Below are positions 1 through 12,770 of a DNA stretch of 64,000 nucleotides, in pieces. The notes beneath the pieces were generated by a model, which saw only the letters and a program-made list of their open reading frames with translations, did not search any database and was not told where the DNA came from. Origin of the DNA: Pseudogymnoascus verrucosus (lineage: Eukaryota); assembly GCA_001662655.1 (NCBI GenBank), contig KV460253.1. One strand, 5' to 3'. Position 1 is the stretch's first letter; the number at the start of each line of letters is the position of its first letter. The translations under genes were made by a program, and so were the position numbers.

Positions 1-349
1 TGGGGGGAGATGGAAACAGTGGGGAAGAGTGGGAGGTTGGCATATCTGCCGAGTTAGCAAGTGGATTCTAGAAGGGGAGGAGGGGGAGAGAACCCTTGGT
101 GTGGATAATATCTTTGACGCCAAAAGGGAGGCCGAAAAGGGGCCCGCGCTTGGAGGATGGAAGCTGATCAAGGCGGCGGGCTTGGGTGAGGACGAGGTCA
201 GGGTTGAGATGGGCCCAAGCTTTGATTGTAGGCTCATTGCTGCGAATATGGGTGAGAAGGGCAGTGGCATAGGCTTCGACGGTGAGAGCTCCGGTTTGGA
301 GGAGATGGAGGGCGTCGGTTGCGCTGAGAAGGTGGGGTTGCTCTGCCAT
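1..349 (-). CDS. Amidase-signature family protein, 5' part (runs off the left edge). Exons 349-94 and 45-<1
   Basis: MAEQPHLLSATDAL...RGPLFGLPFGVKDIIHTK. Removing the GT..CTAAC..CAG intron (93-46) continues as DMPTSHSSPLF, restoring the amidase GPLxGxPxxVKD..T.DMPT motif. An in-frame TTG/alternative start further upstream is not excluded. Confidence 0.85.
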
Positions 350-1836
350 TTCTGCGGTTATGGGGTGGATAGGAGGGACTTTGTAGCTCGCAGCTGGCAA
401 TGCTTAATAGTTTGAGATTGAGGAGAATAATATTTATGATTGCTTATATATATTTTTTAATACAACAGACGAGAAAGCGAATAACCGGCATCTTGCTGGA
501 GCCTGTTTGTCACAGATCCGACGTCGGTGCAGTCACGGGTGTTCTAAGTGATCAGCACTTGCATCTGTGCGAAGTATCACAAAGTCGCAACTCAACCATC
601 GCAGCTTCCCATTTCGACTTCCATATATGAGACAGACCGACTAGAGTTTATTCTATAACCGACACCAGCAAGACTTATATTCTCAAGCACCATAGGTGCT
701 TCTTATCACGTGCCGTCCCTTTGTCCAGTCGTCTCCAATCAATCTCCAAATCCCCAACTTCTTATCCCATGCCCCTCACCTCACTATCTTGGCCCCGCTC
801 GGCCCCACGACTCCGCTTTCCATCTCCAAATTTCTTCCCCCCAGGATTTCTATACCGCCTAGATCTGCACCCAAAACGGAAAGTCCAACACTACCGGCGT
901 CTTCCACCAATTACTTCAAGCCGCCCTTTCAATTACAACATGCCCAGCCTGTGCTAAGACTATCACTGTGCCGTTATATCCATCATCCCATCAACGCTCT
1001 CAGCCCCCTCATCCACTCCCCTCCTCCACCCCCTCCTCCACCCCCTCACCCACAATATGCTACTGTAGTCTAGTAGTATGTAAGTCTATCACTCAGTGCC
1101 ACTTATTCACACCAATAGCTAATCACAGTAGCCTCGGGATGCCATTCCCGAACAAAGACCACGAATGACACCCCCCAGACTCAACGTACAACATGCAGGC
1201 AATCCTGCGGCTTGCTGCAATGCTCTACTTGCAGCTATTCTTGCTTATCCAGCAAAAAACGAATAGCATCACAGCCCGGATTATACCTTTACGAGTTACG
1301 TTTACGGAGAAATAGAATCATCGGCCGTAAAATCAATCATAGGCTTCACAGGTCAAAATCGGCAATAGCGGCCCAAGATCAGTTACCCGAACGGCTTGCT
1401 GTGGCTTTCATTCCGTCCTTCGGGCCACTAACTCGCCACTAAGTTGGCCTGGGCTCGTATAGTAATCACCATTTCTGCCCACTTTTTTTTATCAATTCCC
1501 GCGCTAAAGCCGGCATAAAACTAACTAAAAGCTTCTGGATCTAAAATGTAAAAAGAGTCACTCGCATCCAGTTTTTCTGCTTGGACCCAATTACTCATAC
1601 AAGTCTCTGGTTGCGCTTTGGAATTAGCATTCTTACTTATATCATAGCTTAATTGACATGCTTCAGATGCACTTGATATACAGGAATACCATATATACCA
1701 TTTATTAGAGTTTTGTAAGTTTCCAATCCTACATATAGACAGAGGTGATGGTGGGGTTGTCTTAGACACCCGATGCGGTGATCCAAAGCTGACTTACAGC
1801 AGATACAGATATCCGGAATATTACACAGAGCCAAGA

Positions 1837-3322
1837 ATGCACGACATCTCCCAAGGTGCTCCGGGGGATCGCAAAGCCATAGATAAAGAGAAGGGCGAGA
1901 CACTCTCCATCCACAGCAGCGACACCTCGCCCGATAACGAATCGTCGTCGTTAGGGAAACAAGATGGCGAGGAATACACAGGCTCTGCCCCTATATCTAA
2001 AACAGAATCGAATGTTGTACGACGGGTTTTAACTCATCTATCTGCTAGAACCTCAAATGTCAGCATTGGCCCGCCGCCGGATGGAGGTTTCCACGCATGG
2101 CTTCAATGCGCCATGGCCTGTATGACGGTCACCACGACTTGGTAAGTGCACTGCAGTTCTCTCCAAGCTCAACCAACTAATACGTGCTAGGGGCTTCGTC
2201 AATTCTTTCGGCATGTTCCAATCCTTCTACGTCGGCTTCCTCAACCGGCCGCCGTCCGACATCGCCTGGATCGGTGGTTTCCAGGTCTTCTTCCTCTTCT
2301 TCGTTGGCACCTTCAGCGGCCGCCTCGCCGATGCCGGCTACTTCAAGCAGGTCATCTTTGTCGGCAGCTTCCTGCAGCTGCTCGGCATCTACATGGCCTC
2401 AATATCGACACAATACTGGCAGCTGATCCTCTCGCATGGCATCTGCGTCGGCCTCGGCAACGGCTGCATCTTCGCTCCCTCCGTTGCTCTCGTCTCTACC
2501 TACTTCTCGACTAAGAAGTCTCTCGCGATTGGTATCTCCGCCTCCGGTGGTGCTATCGGCGGTCTCATCTTCCCGGCCATGGTCCAGAACCTGCTCCCGA
2601 AAATTGGATTCGCCTGGACTATGCGCTCGCTAGGCCTAGTCGACGCATTCTTCCTACTTTGCGTCAACCTCTTCGCGAAACAGCGCGTGCCACCGCGCCG
2701 GTCTGGCCAGTTCCTCGACCTGCAGTCCTTCCGCGACATGACGTACACCCTCTACGGCATTGGCATGTTTTTCACTTTCTGGGGCCTATATTTCCCCTTC
2801 TTCTACCTGTCGGCATTTGCGCGCGACAAGATCGGCTTCGAGCAGACCAAGTCTATCAACCTGGTCCTACTTCTCAACGGCGTCGGCATCCCAGCGCGCA
2901 TCTTCGCCAACTACGTTGCAGATACCTGGACGGGCCCGCTGAACCTCATGCTCTTCGCAGCCCTGGGAGGCTCCATTGTCATGTACACTATGGCTGCGAT
3001 CCACGACACCGCCGGCCTGTACACCTGGACTGTCATCTACGGAATTCCCGGCGCAGGAGTGCAGTCGCTCTTCCCTGCCGTTTTGGGCTCCCTAACAGCA
3101 AAGGACCTGAGCAAGGCTGGTGTGCGCATCGGTATGATCTTCACAATGGTCAGTTTCGCGGTGCTCTCCGGTCCGCCGATCTGCGGCGCGCTCATCACGG
3201 CGGGCAACGGCAGCTACCTAGGCCCACAGCTATTCACAGGCTCGTCGATACTGCTCGGCTGGGGACTGATGTGTGGCGCGCGGTTTGCGACGGCGGGGAC
3301 GAATGTTAAGATCAGGATTTAG
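1837..3322 (+). CDS. MFS monocarboxylate-porter family transporter (MCH-like). Exons 1837-2141, 2191-3322
   Basis: PPPDGGFHAW motif. Splicing GTAAGT..TAG gives TWGFVNSFGMFQ. About 12 hydrophobic segments and a GRLAD motif. Confidence 0.92.
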
Positions 3323-3694
3323 GGTTCTTAGGATGAGACTTTTCAGAGACTGATTGATACCCGTGTTTTGCGGGGTTATGATGCATGCATGGCGTGGCGT
3401 TTTGGGCATATTTATGGATGGGGCTTGCAGCGTTGGATGGCGCTTTGGACTGTCAAAATTTCGTGCGCTGCATAGCTTTTTGTTGGGAGCCTGGATATAA
3501 AAAAAAGGCATATGAGAGAATAGTAATAGATATATAATACAGTAGATACTTTAGCTTCAATATAAACAGAATAGTTTACTTTGAGCTCCCACTGACTGGC
3601 TTTGATTGAAGCATATGCATAATATACTAAGGGCAGGGATCCGTTGATATTTAGAGATAAACAGCGACCTAACCAATCAAGTCCATCCACCCCA

Positions 3695-6157
3695 ATGAGC
3701 CGAAGTCCTCCCATCAACCACCTGTCTCGCCTCAACGCCCACAGTTCTCCCGAACTTCATCCGTCAACACACCCACCCGTCGCCGACGTTCACCCAAACG
3801 CCCACATGTCGTCCTATCCCCCTCCTCCTGCATCATACTCGGCCTCCTCCCTCTCTCACCCCGACCAAAGCGCCGACAACAACAAACACGACCTCCTCAA
3901 CCAGCTCCACACCGCGTCAGCGCAGAGCTACAGCTACGATGCTAACACGCGGCCTCTTCAGTTCCCTGGCATCAACTCCATCCCCAATGCCAGCACGCAG
4001 CAACAGCATGTAGGCAATGGCCAGCACGGCGGAACTCCCACTGCCGCCCAGATAGAGGCGCAGAAGGGGAATCGTTTGCGCAAAGCCTGCGACTCTTGCA
4101 GTATCCGCAAGGTGAAAGTACGTGCCTACTCCCCCCTGACCCCGCCCCCGCCATCAACAACGAGCTAATCGCCGTCCAGTGCGATGAAGCAGGCCCGCCC
4201 TGTCGCGCCTGCGCCGCCCTCGAGATCCCATGCACATTCGAGCGCCCCTCGCGGCGCCGCGGTCCCCCAAACCGACACGCTGAGAGCATCAAGCGGCGGC
4301 GATTGGAAGAGGGCTCGCCCTCGCGCCAGTTCTCGACGCCATCCCCCTCGAGCCCCTCGAATGTCGCCGCGACACTCGCGTCCTTCTCCTCGCACGCTGT
4401 TCTAAGCGCCGAGTCCATATGTCCCTTCTCGATCCTCGAGCTGCTCGTCGACGACTTCTTCACATACATCCACCCCCTTGCGCCGTTCCCGCACGAGCCC
4501 AGCTTTCGCGCAGCCTTCAAGCAGCGCGAGGACCTGTCGAACCCGTCATTTCTCGCACTTTTGGCGAGCATGATCGGCGCGCTCGTCGCGTCATTCCCGC
4601 GCAAGCCGATAATGCATCTCAAAGCCCAGCACCAGGAGAAGCTGTTCCCCAACTCGATTTCACTGGTCGAACGGTGCCATAAGGTCGCGGTGGAGGCGAG
4701 AGGGGCGGGATACCTGGATCGCGACTTGACGGTGTATGACGCCGTAACGAGCTACTTTTTGGGGCTCGCAGGCGCGTATACGATTAACTGGCATCAGTGC
4801 AGGTTATACTTTGGGGAGACGTTCACGATTAGTCGTGCGGTGGGGGTGCAGCGCGCGAATGAGAATGCGAAGAGGGGGGATAATAAGATAGACTTTATCA
4901 AGCAGGAGATAGGGAGGAGGATGTTCTGGGTCATGGTCGTAGGCGTTCGGTGAGTCTTGTCTTCATATCTCCCCCCCAAACTACCCATCTAACCCAACCA
5001 GCTCCATGCAACAACTCGGCGCCAGCTTCGCCGAACTCACCATCCCTCCCCCAACTCCCTCAAATCCCTACCCCCCTCTCCCCCTCCCCATCGACGACGA
5101 ATACATCTTCGCCACCCACATCGTCGCCCAGCCCCCCGGCTCCATCTCCAAACTCGCCGGCTTCAACCTCGGCATCCAGATCTACATGACCTGCACCCCC
5201 CTCGCCACCATGGAACTCGCCTACGGCATCGACGAGCTCTTCGACTGGCCGCGCCAGAAGCGCGTCCTCGAAGAATGCGTCGAGAACGTCAAGCGGACGC
5301 TTGAAAATATCCCCTCCGAGCTCCGCCTCGAAGCCGGCAACGAGCCCGGTCGCTTCGGTCACGAGCCACCCCACGGCAATAACTCCACCGGCGACTCACA
5401 CCACAGCACGATACACTCCCCTCCCCTCCGCGAAAACACGTCAAAACCCCTCTACTACCCCCACGCCCAGCCCCAAGGCTTCGGACAGATATACCCCCCT
5501 CCCCCTCCGCCGCAGCGCCACACAGCCAACGAGCCACCCGTAGACGAGAAACGCCAACTCCAGTACGAGATCCAAAAGACCAATATCTACACCTCGCAAC
5601 TAGGGACGCGCAGCTACCTCGTCGAGAAATACTTCAACCTCCTCGACGCGCATGAAGCCAGCCTCGCGGCCGCCGCGTCAGGCCAACAACCACCATTACA
5701 ACAACGCGAAAGCACCTCCCACGACAACGGACGCATGATCAGCCCCACAGGCACATTCCTCCAACCCGTCCCTGCCCCGATGGATATAGCAGCCGAATCA
5801 ACCTCCGACGCCATCGCGACACGCATGGCCGCCGAGCGAGAGACGATCGTCCAAGACCTACTCCGCGTGCTCGGTAGTATAAGCCAAGTGAACATGGAGC
5901 CCAACGGTGGGTCATTCCTCAATAAAATCCGTCAGATCGCGGCGACGCTGCTTGATACACCGAGGAATCATAAGGGACCGCTTGCGAGGCGGGCGGAGGA
6001 GTATTTGGGAAAGTTTCTGGATGTGTTGATGAGGTTTGAAGGGGGGGGGAGGGGGGAGGAGGACGAGGGCGAGAGTGAGTTGAGGAATTGGGCGGATTTG
6101 AGGGAGCACCAGAGTCGGTTTGCTAGGGGAGGGGGTTTTATGAATGAGGTTATTTAG
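3695..6157 (+). CDS. Zn(II)2Cys6 transcription factor, about 782 aa. Exons 3695-4117, 4180-4949, 5002-6157
   Basis: Spliced zinc cluster ACDSCSIRKVK|CDEAGPPCRACAALEIPC. Fungal TF middle region (FFTYIHPLAPFPHEPSF; EIGRRMFW). Start could alternatively be ATG 3806. Confidence 0.92.
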
Positions 6158-7299
6158 GGGGGGTGGTGTGGGGTGGGGTTTGGCTGGTCTCGTGGGGAGG
6201 GGGTGTTTTTGGGTGGTATCTGATTCTTAGGGTTGGCTGGCGCTTGGGATGTTATTTATGGGAGGGGACTTTTGGGTGAAGGTGCAAAAATAGCGATTTT
6301 ATTGAGTTTTTACCACCACATATAAACAGTGCGATACTCCTCCCCATATGTTCTTCACTGCAACCCAACTAGCAACATGGAGGAACTTTGCATCGTGGAG
6401 CTCCATAGGGACAAAGTCTCAAGAGGTACGTGACCACTCAATATCAGCTACTTCTTGCCTTCACTTATGGCGGTGATATTCCTGTTGCGCCACCTTCTCG
6501 CTGCTAGATGTCTCTTCCTACCGCTGTAGTTTCTTGCCGTCACAGACGTATTCCTGCCACCGCCGCTGTGGCACACGAACTGCGGGGAAACTAAGACGGG
6601 CTATATCCGTGAAATCTTTTAAGGCGGCTCCATGTGTTATGGTGCCTTGTTCCAGGAGAGCACTCTCCTATTTAAATGTTCTAGGAGTTCACTAAACTTA
6701 GCATCTTAATCCTCTAAACTGGCGACATCAAATCCGTTTACTAATTCGCACGATTCGTAATATCTTTTCCAAGGATACAATGTATGGTCCAGGTTTCGAT
6801 GAAAGTTGGTTGTAAATCTTTTCAGCGCAGTCTTAGTATCCTTATTACGACCTCCAAAGCGTTGTTCGTAGAGTTATTCACTGGCAGACGGCACTGGCAG
6901 ATAGCTCTCGAATTCGATGAAATACTGCAACGACTTGCAGCTATTAGATATGTATGTACCCATACTATATACTCTATATCAACCCATATATCCCCAATTA
7001 TAGCACAAATCCCTCTAGTATTCCCTCGCCGACAACGATCTGGCTGCTCCCAGCCGCCATAGATTCCCTCGCCAGCAGCGACGAAACCCACGACCACCGC
7101 GAAGGAGCCAAACCCTCGCCGCCAAGGAAATACCATAACAACTTATAGCCCAGCCCATAAATATGTAAAAACAGTCCCCCATCCCCCCAAATGCCCATCC
7201 CATATATCCAAATACAACCCCCCAAAACTCCGCATCCCACCCACCACCAAAACCCCAAAGCCAAAAAACGCCCACCACACACACACATACACACACGCC

Positions 7300-8715
7300 C
7301 TACCGCCTCCTCGCGGCCCACACCGGCGTCTCCCCCCCATTCCAACTCCTCCTCCTCATCCCATCAGGCCAATAAGACGTAAACCCATTAACATCCCTAT
7401 ACGACCACCCCTTCCCCGCCCTATCCCACTCCTCGAAATTATACCTCTGCCACCCCGCCTCATCATCCCTCACGACGCCCATGTGCCCATCCTCGCCGAC
7501 GCCCACCGCCCACCCGAGATCGCGGGGACTGTTTGTGCGACCCTCCGCCCATCCTACGTTTCTAGAGCGGCCGTTGTTGTTGGCGTTCCACTGGTCCATG
7601 TAGGTGTGATGCGGGTAATTACTCGCAGGCGCAGCATTCATCCCCACACTAGCAGTCGTCTCATCCCACTCCCCCAGCGCATCGAACGACATCATCGCAG
7701 CCTGTAAATTATGCATCTCCCGCTCCTTCAACGGATCAATAGCCATCCTCGTCTCATCCCTCGCCCGCAGCTCAGCCTCATAATCACGCACGCTCTCCCT
7801 CTCCCCTCCCCCACTCATACTGTCCGTACCACGATCCGACGCCGACACCGCGCGCGCGCGCTGGTTGTGCGGCGGGGTGATGGAGCGAGGCCCGGGGATG
7901 GAGGTGTAGAAACTGGTGTCGCGCCAGGGTTTTGGGCCTGGGACCGCGTCGGCGGGGGAGGCGGGGGAGGAGACGGAGCCGCTGTGCTGGTGGTGGTGTG
8001 GTTGTGGTTGCGGGGGGTATGCGAAGGAGACATCAGGGCTCACGACGGGGGAGGAGGGGTTAGAGATACTGCGCGGAGCAGCCCAGGTTGTTGAGGGTGG
8101 GGAGACGGCGGACCATACGGGGTCAGAAGACGGCCCAGCGACGGAGGGGGTAGATGTCGTTTGCGCGGTTGTGGTGCTCCTGATTGACGGCGCCGGGGAC
8201 GACCAGGGAAGATCCGGTTCGCCGAGTCGGAAGCGCGAGGGGAGTTCAGGGAGAGGTTTGTGTTCAGGGAAGTGCCTTGTCGGTCCCCAGCGGAGGGGAG
8301 GCGCATAGTTAGGATTGAGCGAAGATGTGCGTTGCGGTGCTGGCCTCTCGGGATGCGGGTATGACGGCTGGAGCATAGTGTATTGCTGGTACGACGGAGT
8401 TACTGTAGAGGCGGGGCGCATGAGGATCTCGGACCTGGAGCGCGGAGAGGGGCGGGCGTCTTTCTTTGTGCCACGGCCGCGGCGCGCGGAGGGGAGGAGG
8501 AAGGTCGGGATTGTTTTTGCGAGGCGAGAGGTGGTGATGGGGCGGGAGGCGTAGGAGAGGGAGACATTGTGGGTGGAGGTTGGGGCGAGGGAGATGCCGA
8601 ATTCCATCTTCATGAAGAGAGCTGGTGGTGGCCAGGAGGGTGTTGGGTTGGGGGGTTGGTTTGGTGTCGGCCAGGTCGTGTGGTGCTGCGGTGGTGGTGC
8701 TGTTATGGTCGCCAT
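7300..8715 (-). CDS. Hypothetical Pro/Ser-rich protein (471 aa ORF)
   Basis: Long uninterrupted ORF with ATG in good context (GCCATG-like). It shows the same C-rich 5' / G-rich 3' pattern as neighbouring real genes. No recognisable domain; hidden introns possible. Confidence 0.65.
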   Translation of the reverse strand: MATITAPPPQHHTTWPTPNQPPNPTPSWPPPALFMKMEFGISLAPTSTHNVSLSYASRPITTSRLAKTIPTFLLPSARRGRGTKKDARPSPRSRSEILMRPASTVTPSYQQYTMLQPSYPHPERPAPQRTSSLNPNYAPPLRWGPTRHFPEHKPLPELPSRFRLGEPDLPWSSPAPSIRSTTTAQTTSTPSVAGPSSDPVWSAVSPPSTTWAAPRSISNPSSPVVSPDVSFAYPPQPQPHHHQHSGSVSSPASPADAVPGPKPWRDTSFYTSIPGPRSITPPHNQRARAVSASDRGTDSMSGGGERESVRDYEAELRARDETRMAIDPLKEREMHNLQAAMMSFDALGEWDETTASVGMNAAPASNYPHHTYMDQWNANNNGRSRNVGWAEGRTNSPRDLGWAVGVGEDGHMGVVRDDEAGWQRYNFEEWDRAGKGWSYRDVNGFTSYWPDGMRRRSWNGGETPVWAARRR

Positions 8716-10512
8716 GTTCTAGCGCGGCGGTGAGGAGGTGAAGGGGTAAAGAGGAGGTGATAGTGAAGATGCATGGAAGGAATGGTTAGTTTGGAAGAGT
8801 TGCAGCGAGACGGGATGAAGAGATTGAAATGTAGATCTATAGACAAGGTATCGCGGAGCACTAGACAGAAGGAGGAGGGTCTTGTATCTAATACACAGCC
8901 GACGATCCTATTGCCAGTCTGCCAGGGCGTTCCCCGCGAACACCGCCGTACCGAGTACCGACTGCGCCCTGTCAGTTGAACGCCACGGTATATTTGTTTA
9001 CAGGGAAGGGCTTTGATGATGTCGGTATTTCGAATGAGTAAGAGTAGGAAGAAGAAAGAAGCGGAGAAGCTTCCTTGGTCGTCTCAGTCGGTCATGTCCG
9101 ATACGGTATACGGTGGTTGATGCGCGCGTAGTTGGACCAGAAGGGGATTGATGGCCGATGTTTCATAGATACCAAGGAGGCCAAGGGGAGACAAAGGCGG
9201 ATATTTCGTTTGGGAAAGTTTACTTCTAGCATGAGAGTTTCGCCGTGGTATACGTCGTTAGGACAGGTAAAGTGGAGAGGAGTGGACAAGGAGTGGAGGA
9301 GATGGACAAGGGATGACGGATTTGCCCTTGGCAAGGATCGTGAACCCTGACTTTAGTGTGGAAATGGGCAAATCTTGTGGTGGCAAGGTTGCGGGCGGAG
9401 CATTGGAAACATCATGAGCACGAGATGATGTGAGAGATTACCAGCCAGCTATATATAACTCTGCCAGAGCGGGATGATTATAAACATCGACGACGTAAAA
9501 AAATATAAACACGGACAAGGCATACTGAGAAACATGATGAGAAACACGAGTATGACAATGACAGACAACAACCGCAGTACTGCCTCATCGCTCTCGTGCC
9601 CGTCTTACATCCATCTACCTACTCCTTGCTCACGTACACTCTCCCTCCATGCCCCTTCGCTCCTTCCTCCTTCAATCGCCACAGATTGCCACCATAATGT
9701 AAGTAAAATGCAAACTAACCCATACCCATCTCTCATCTCCGCAATGCCACCGCAATAAAGCCAAACCCCCCTCCCCCTCCCGCCACATCCGAATCCTTCC
9801 AAAACGTCAACTCCCCTCCCAATCACCGAATCACCCAGTTAGCGGCCAGATACTCGGGTTGGCGGCCCAGTCGGCTTGCTTCTCTCTCGTCTACCCAGTT
9901 TCCACGGGATCAGGAACCGGAGGCGAATGGAGCTATTTTGGTATTAGGGACCCGCTGTAGAGACTTTGTCGGGGGGAGAATCCTTCGGGGGGTGGAGCAG
10001 GGGGATGAGGGCGCAGGGGGTGAGATGAGATGAGATGAGACGTGTGATGAGAGGTGATGAACTGGTGTGCGGAGAGTCACGAACTGGTTTGGGTGTTTGC
10101 ATGTGTTAGTATAGGAATGGTGACTGTATTGGAGTCGTGTGCTCGGTCATCCGAGCGACGCACTCACTGTATTGCATTGCATTGTATAGCCATAGTAAAT
10201 GTATTGTAATTGTATCATATGGTATCTTCTGTCCAATCCGTACTGCTCGCTCTATAACTAACTGCACGGCCCATCCCGTCACCACCTATCTTTATCCAGG
10301 AATCTCCTACGTATTACATACCATCTATATATACCTCTAATCCAAAGGCCGACACCAAATGAAACGCCCCCTGACACGCTCGAACCTCGTCGCAAATAAC
10401 AAACGAAAGTAAAAGCCCCCAAATCCCAAAATGGAAAGAGACCACGACCCAAAGTGACTGATCAGACAGACGCCTCAACTCCGCGTCAAAACTAGTCTCC
10501 TTTCTCCCGTCC

Positions 10513-10576
10513 CTCAACTCCTCGTCGAACTACTCTCCTTTTTCCCCTCTCAACTCCTCGTCGAACTACTCTCCTT
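10513..10576. repeat. 28-bp direct repeat (period 36) spanning the RTA1 stop codon
   Basis: ctcaactcctcgtcgaactactctcctt at 10513-10540 and 10549-10576. Confidence 0.9.
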
Positions 10577-11664
10577 CCCCCGCTCCCCCCCTTCCCTCCC
10601 CTCCCCCGCCCTCCTCGCCTCCTCCTCCGCCACCGTCGGCAACCCCTCATCCTCCCACCACTTCTTATCCCTCCTCAACACCAACCCGATCAAATCCAAC
10701 GGATCAAACACCACCAACAGCGCCGGCCTCTGATCCTTAAACTCCTCTCCCACCCTCTCCGTCCCATCCGGTCTCAGGAAAATATTATTCCTCTTCGGCA
10801 AATACTTCCCCGGGTGTCGCCAGTTCAACAACGCAGAGTTGGCAATCATGAGCATGCCCTCGAAGACCCAGAAGAACCACTCATACCGAATCAATGGCGA
10901 AATAACCTCCCCAGCGTCGTAGGGCGGGTGTAGGGCAGCAGCGAAGAAATACTCCACCGTCCGATAGATAGTGCGAACAGTAATGAGACCGCAGGAGCAG
11001 TACAACGTGATGAGCACATTCCTGATATCCGCCTTCCCCTCATGCCTGGCCAATATCCCCGCCCTCGCCGCCCGCCGATGATACGTCCCCGCCACCGCAA
11101 GCAACAACCCCATAACCCCCAACTGCAGCACCAGCGCTGCCTTCAACAACGCCTTCCCCGTATCCTGCTTCGCCACCGTACTCCCCGTGATGGACTGCGC
11201 GGCGCCATTCGCAGTCAGGACTTCGACCCCGACGGAGAGCCCGAGGAAGAGGGTTAGTGTGCGGTGCGGGTGCAGCGGGGAGAGGTGGGGCATGTAGTGT
11301 AGGCAGCGGGAGAGGACGAGGTAGTTCCCTAGTTCGTAGAGAGGGGGGGCGGCGTAGAGGAGGACTAGGGAGGAAATGAAGAGGTTGATGTTGGAATAGT
11401 GGTAGGCGCCGGCGGTGCGGAGGGCGTACCCGGCGATGAAGAGGAGGGAGGACCAGGAGTAGATCCAGGTTATGCGCCAGGAGGAGTGGTGGGAGGATTG
11501 GTAGAAGTGGAGGGCGCCGGAGAGGGTGAAGAGGACTGTGAAGACGATCGGGGCAATTTTGTTGGGGGCGTAGTACCAGAGGCTGCCGTCGACTGTGGGA
11601 GTGTTAGTTTGGTGGTGGTTGAGGGGGGTGAGGCGGAGGACGAACCATATTTTCCGTCTTCCAT
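10550..11664 (-). CDS. RTA1-like (lipid-translocating exporter family) 7-TM protein. Exons 11664-11646, 11592-10550
   Basis: Spliced N-terminus MEDGKY|VDGSLWYYAPNK. RTA1 motifs GYALR, LLYAAPPLY, VRTIYRTVEY, EWFFWVFE, HPGKYLP. Confidence 0.9.
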
Positions 11665-12309
11665 GGTGGAAACGGTGCTCTTTCGAGACTTGGATTCGGT
11701 GGGAAAGTGCAGTCACGGACTGGAGATGATAGTACAAACGAAAGATCCGACGAGAGGAAAAGGCGTTGATAGAACCGGTGATAAACCTGGAACCTGAGTG
11801 TAGGAATGTTGTATTGTATAAACTTATCTAACACAACCTCACCAAACGGGGACACACCCCATCTACTTATACAATCCCCCCCTCCTCCCATCCACGCCCA
11901 AACCCCCTCAAAACACCGTTACGGCAGTGCAAAAATCGCGCCTGCCTCACCCAGAGCCTCGCCGTCGCTCCCTCGTTCAACGCTCCCGATCGGGACATCA
12001 ACCAATCGTATCGCTTCGCGAGCACCACAACCGCCTGCCATGCGGCGGGTCTGTCACCTTGATCGCCCTACAAGGCCACAAAACGCGATCATGACTTTAC
12101 CGGTTTGGGGGGATATAAGATGAGGGGGTGGATGACGCGCGGGTTAAGCATTTTTGATGGGGCTTGTGTCTCGCGTTTTGAGGGTTATTTGGGTGATGGT
12201 GCGAATACGTTGTTTGGTAAGGTGGGTTGGCTGGAAAGCTATGGGCGTGGTAGTGAGTGACATTTCCCGATTGGGGGGGATTGTGCGAGTGCGACGGGAG
12301 GTGGGATGG

Positions 12310-12339
12310 GTCACGGGTAAGTCACGGGTAAGTCACGGG
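12310..12339. promoter_or_regulatory. Three tandem GTCACGGG(TAA) units with 11-bp period in the RTA1/arginase divergent intergenic region
   Basis: gtcacgggtaa gtcacgggtaa gtcacggg read directly. A regulatory role is inferred. Confidence 0.5.
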
Positions 12340-12598
12340 ATCAGTCGCTCCTTCCCTTCGTTCCTTCCCTTCCTGTGCTTATCACGTGCCTTTCACCCCT
12401 CAATCTAATGCACCACAACAACACAACCATGTCCCTCCCTCCTCTACCTTCTCGCTCCACCACCCCCATCTCTCATCCATTAGACTCACTAGTCCTCCTA
12501 ATCATCATGATATCAATCCACAACAACCCAATCCATCACGTGCACCACACACAACCCCCACGGCCAATCTCCCACCACTATACGACTCCGGGCACAAT

Positions 12599-12645
12599 CG
12601 GATCTGATAACAATTCGCGTACGTACTAGTTTGTTATCAGATCCG
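12599..12645. promoter_or_regulatory. Perfect 15-bp inverted repeat with opposed GATAA sites and terminal CGG/CCG
   Basis: cggatctgataacaa (12599-12613), 17-nt spacer, ttgttatcagatccg (12631-12645). Confidence 0.65.
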
Positions 12646-12770
12646 CCTATACCCGTATCTTCCTATCTCCTCTCGCCTCCCCTTCGCTCACCTCCTCCTC
12701 ACTTTTCTCCGCCCTTCTCTCCGCCTTCACCCGCCCTATCCCCCATCCGTCCATTCTGCCACTTCCCATT

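Noticed and set aside
696..1168. Overlapping Pro-rich ORFs between the amidase and MFS genes
   Set aside because: No domain or convincing splice structure; explained by C-rich promoter composition.
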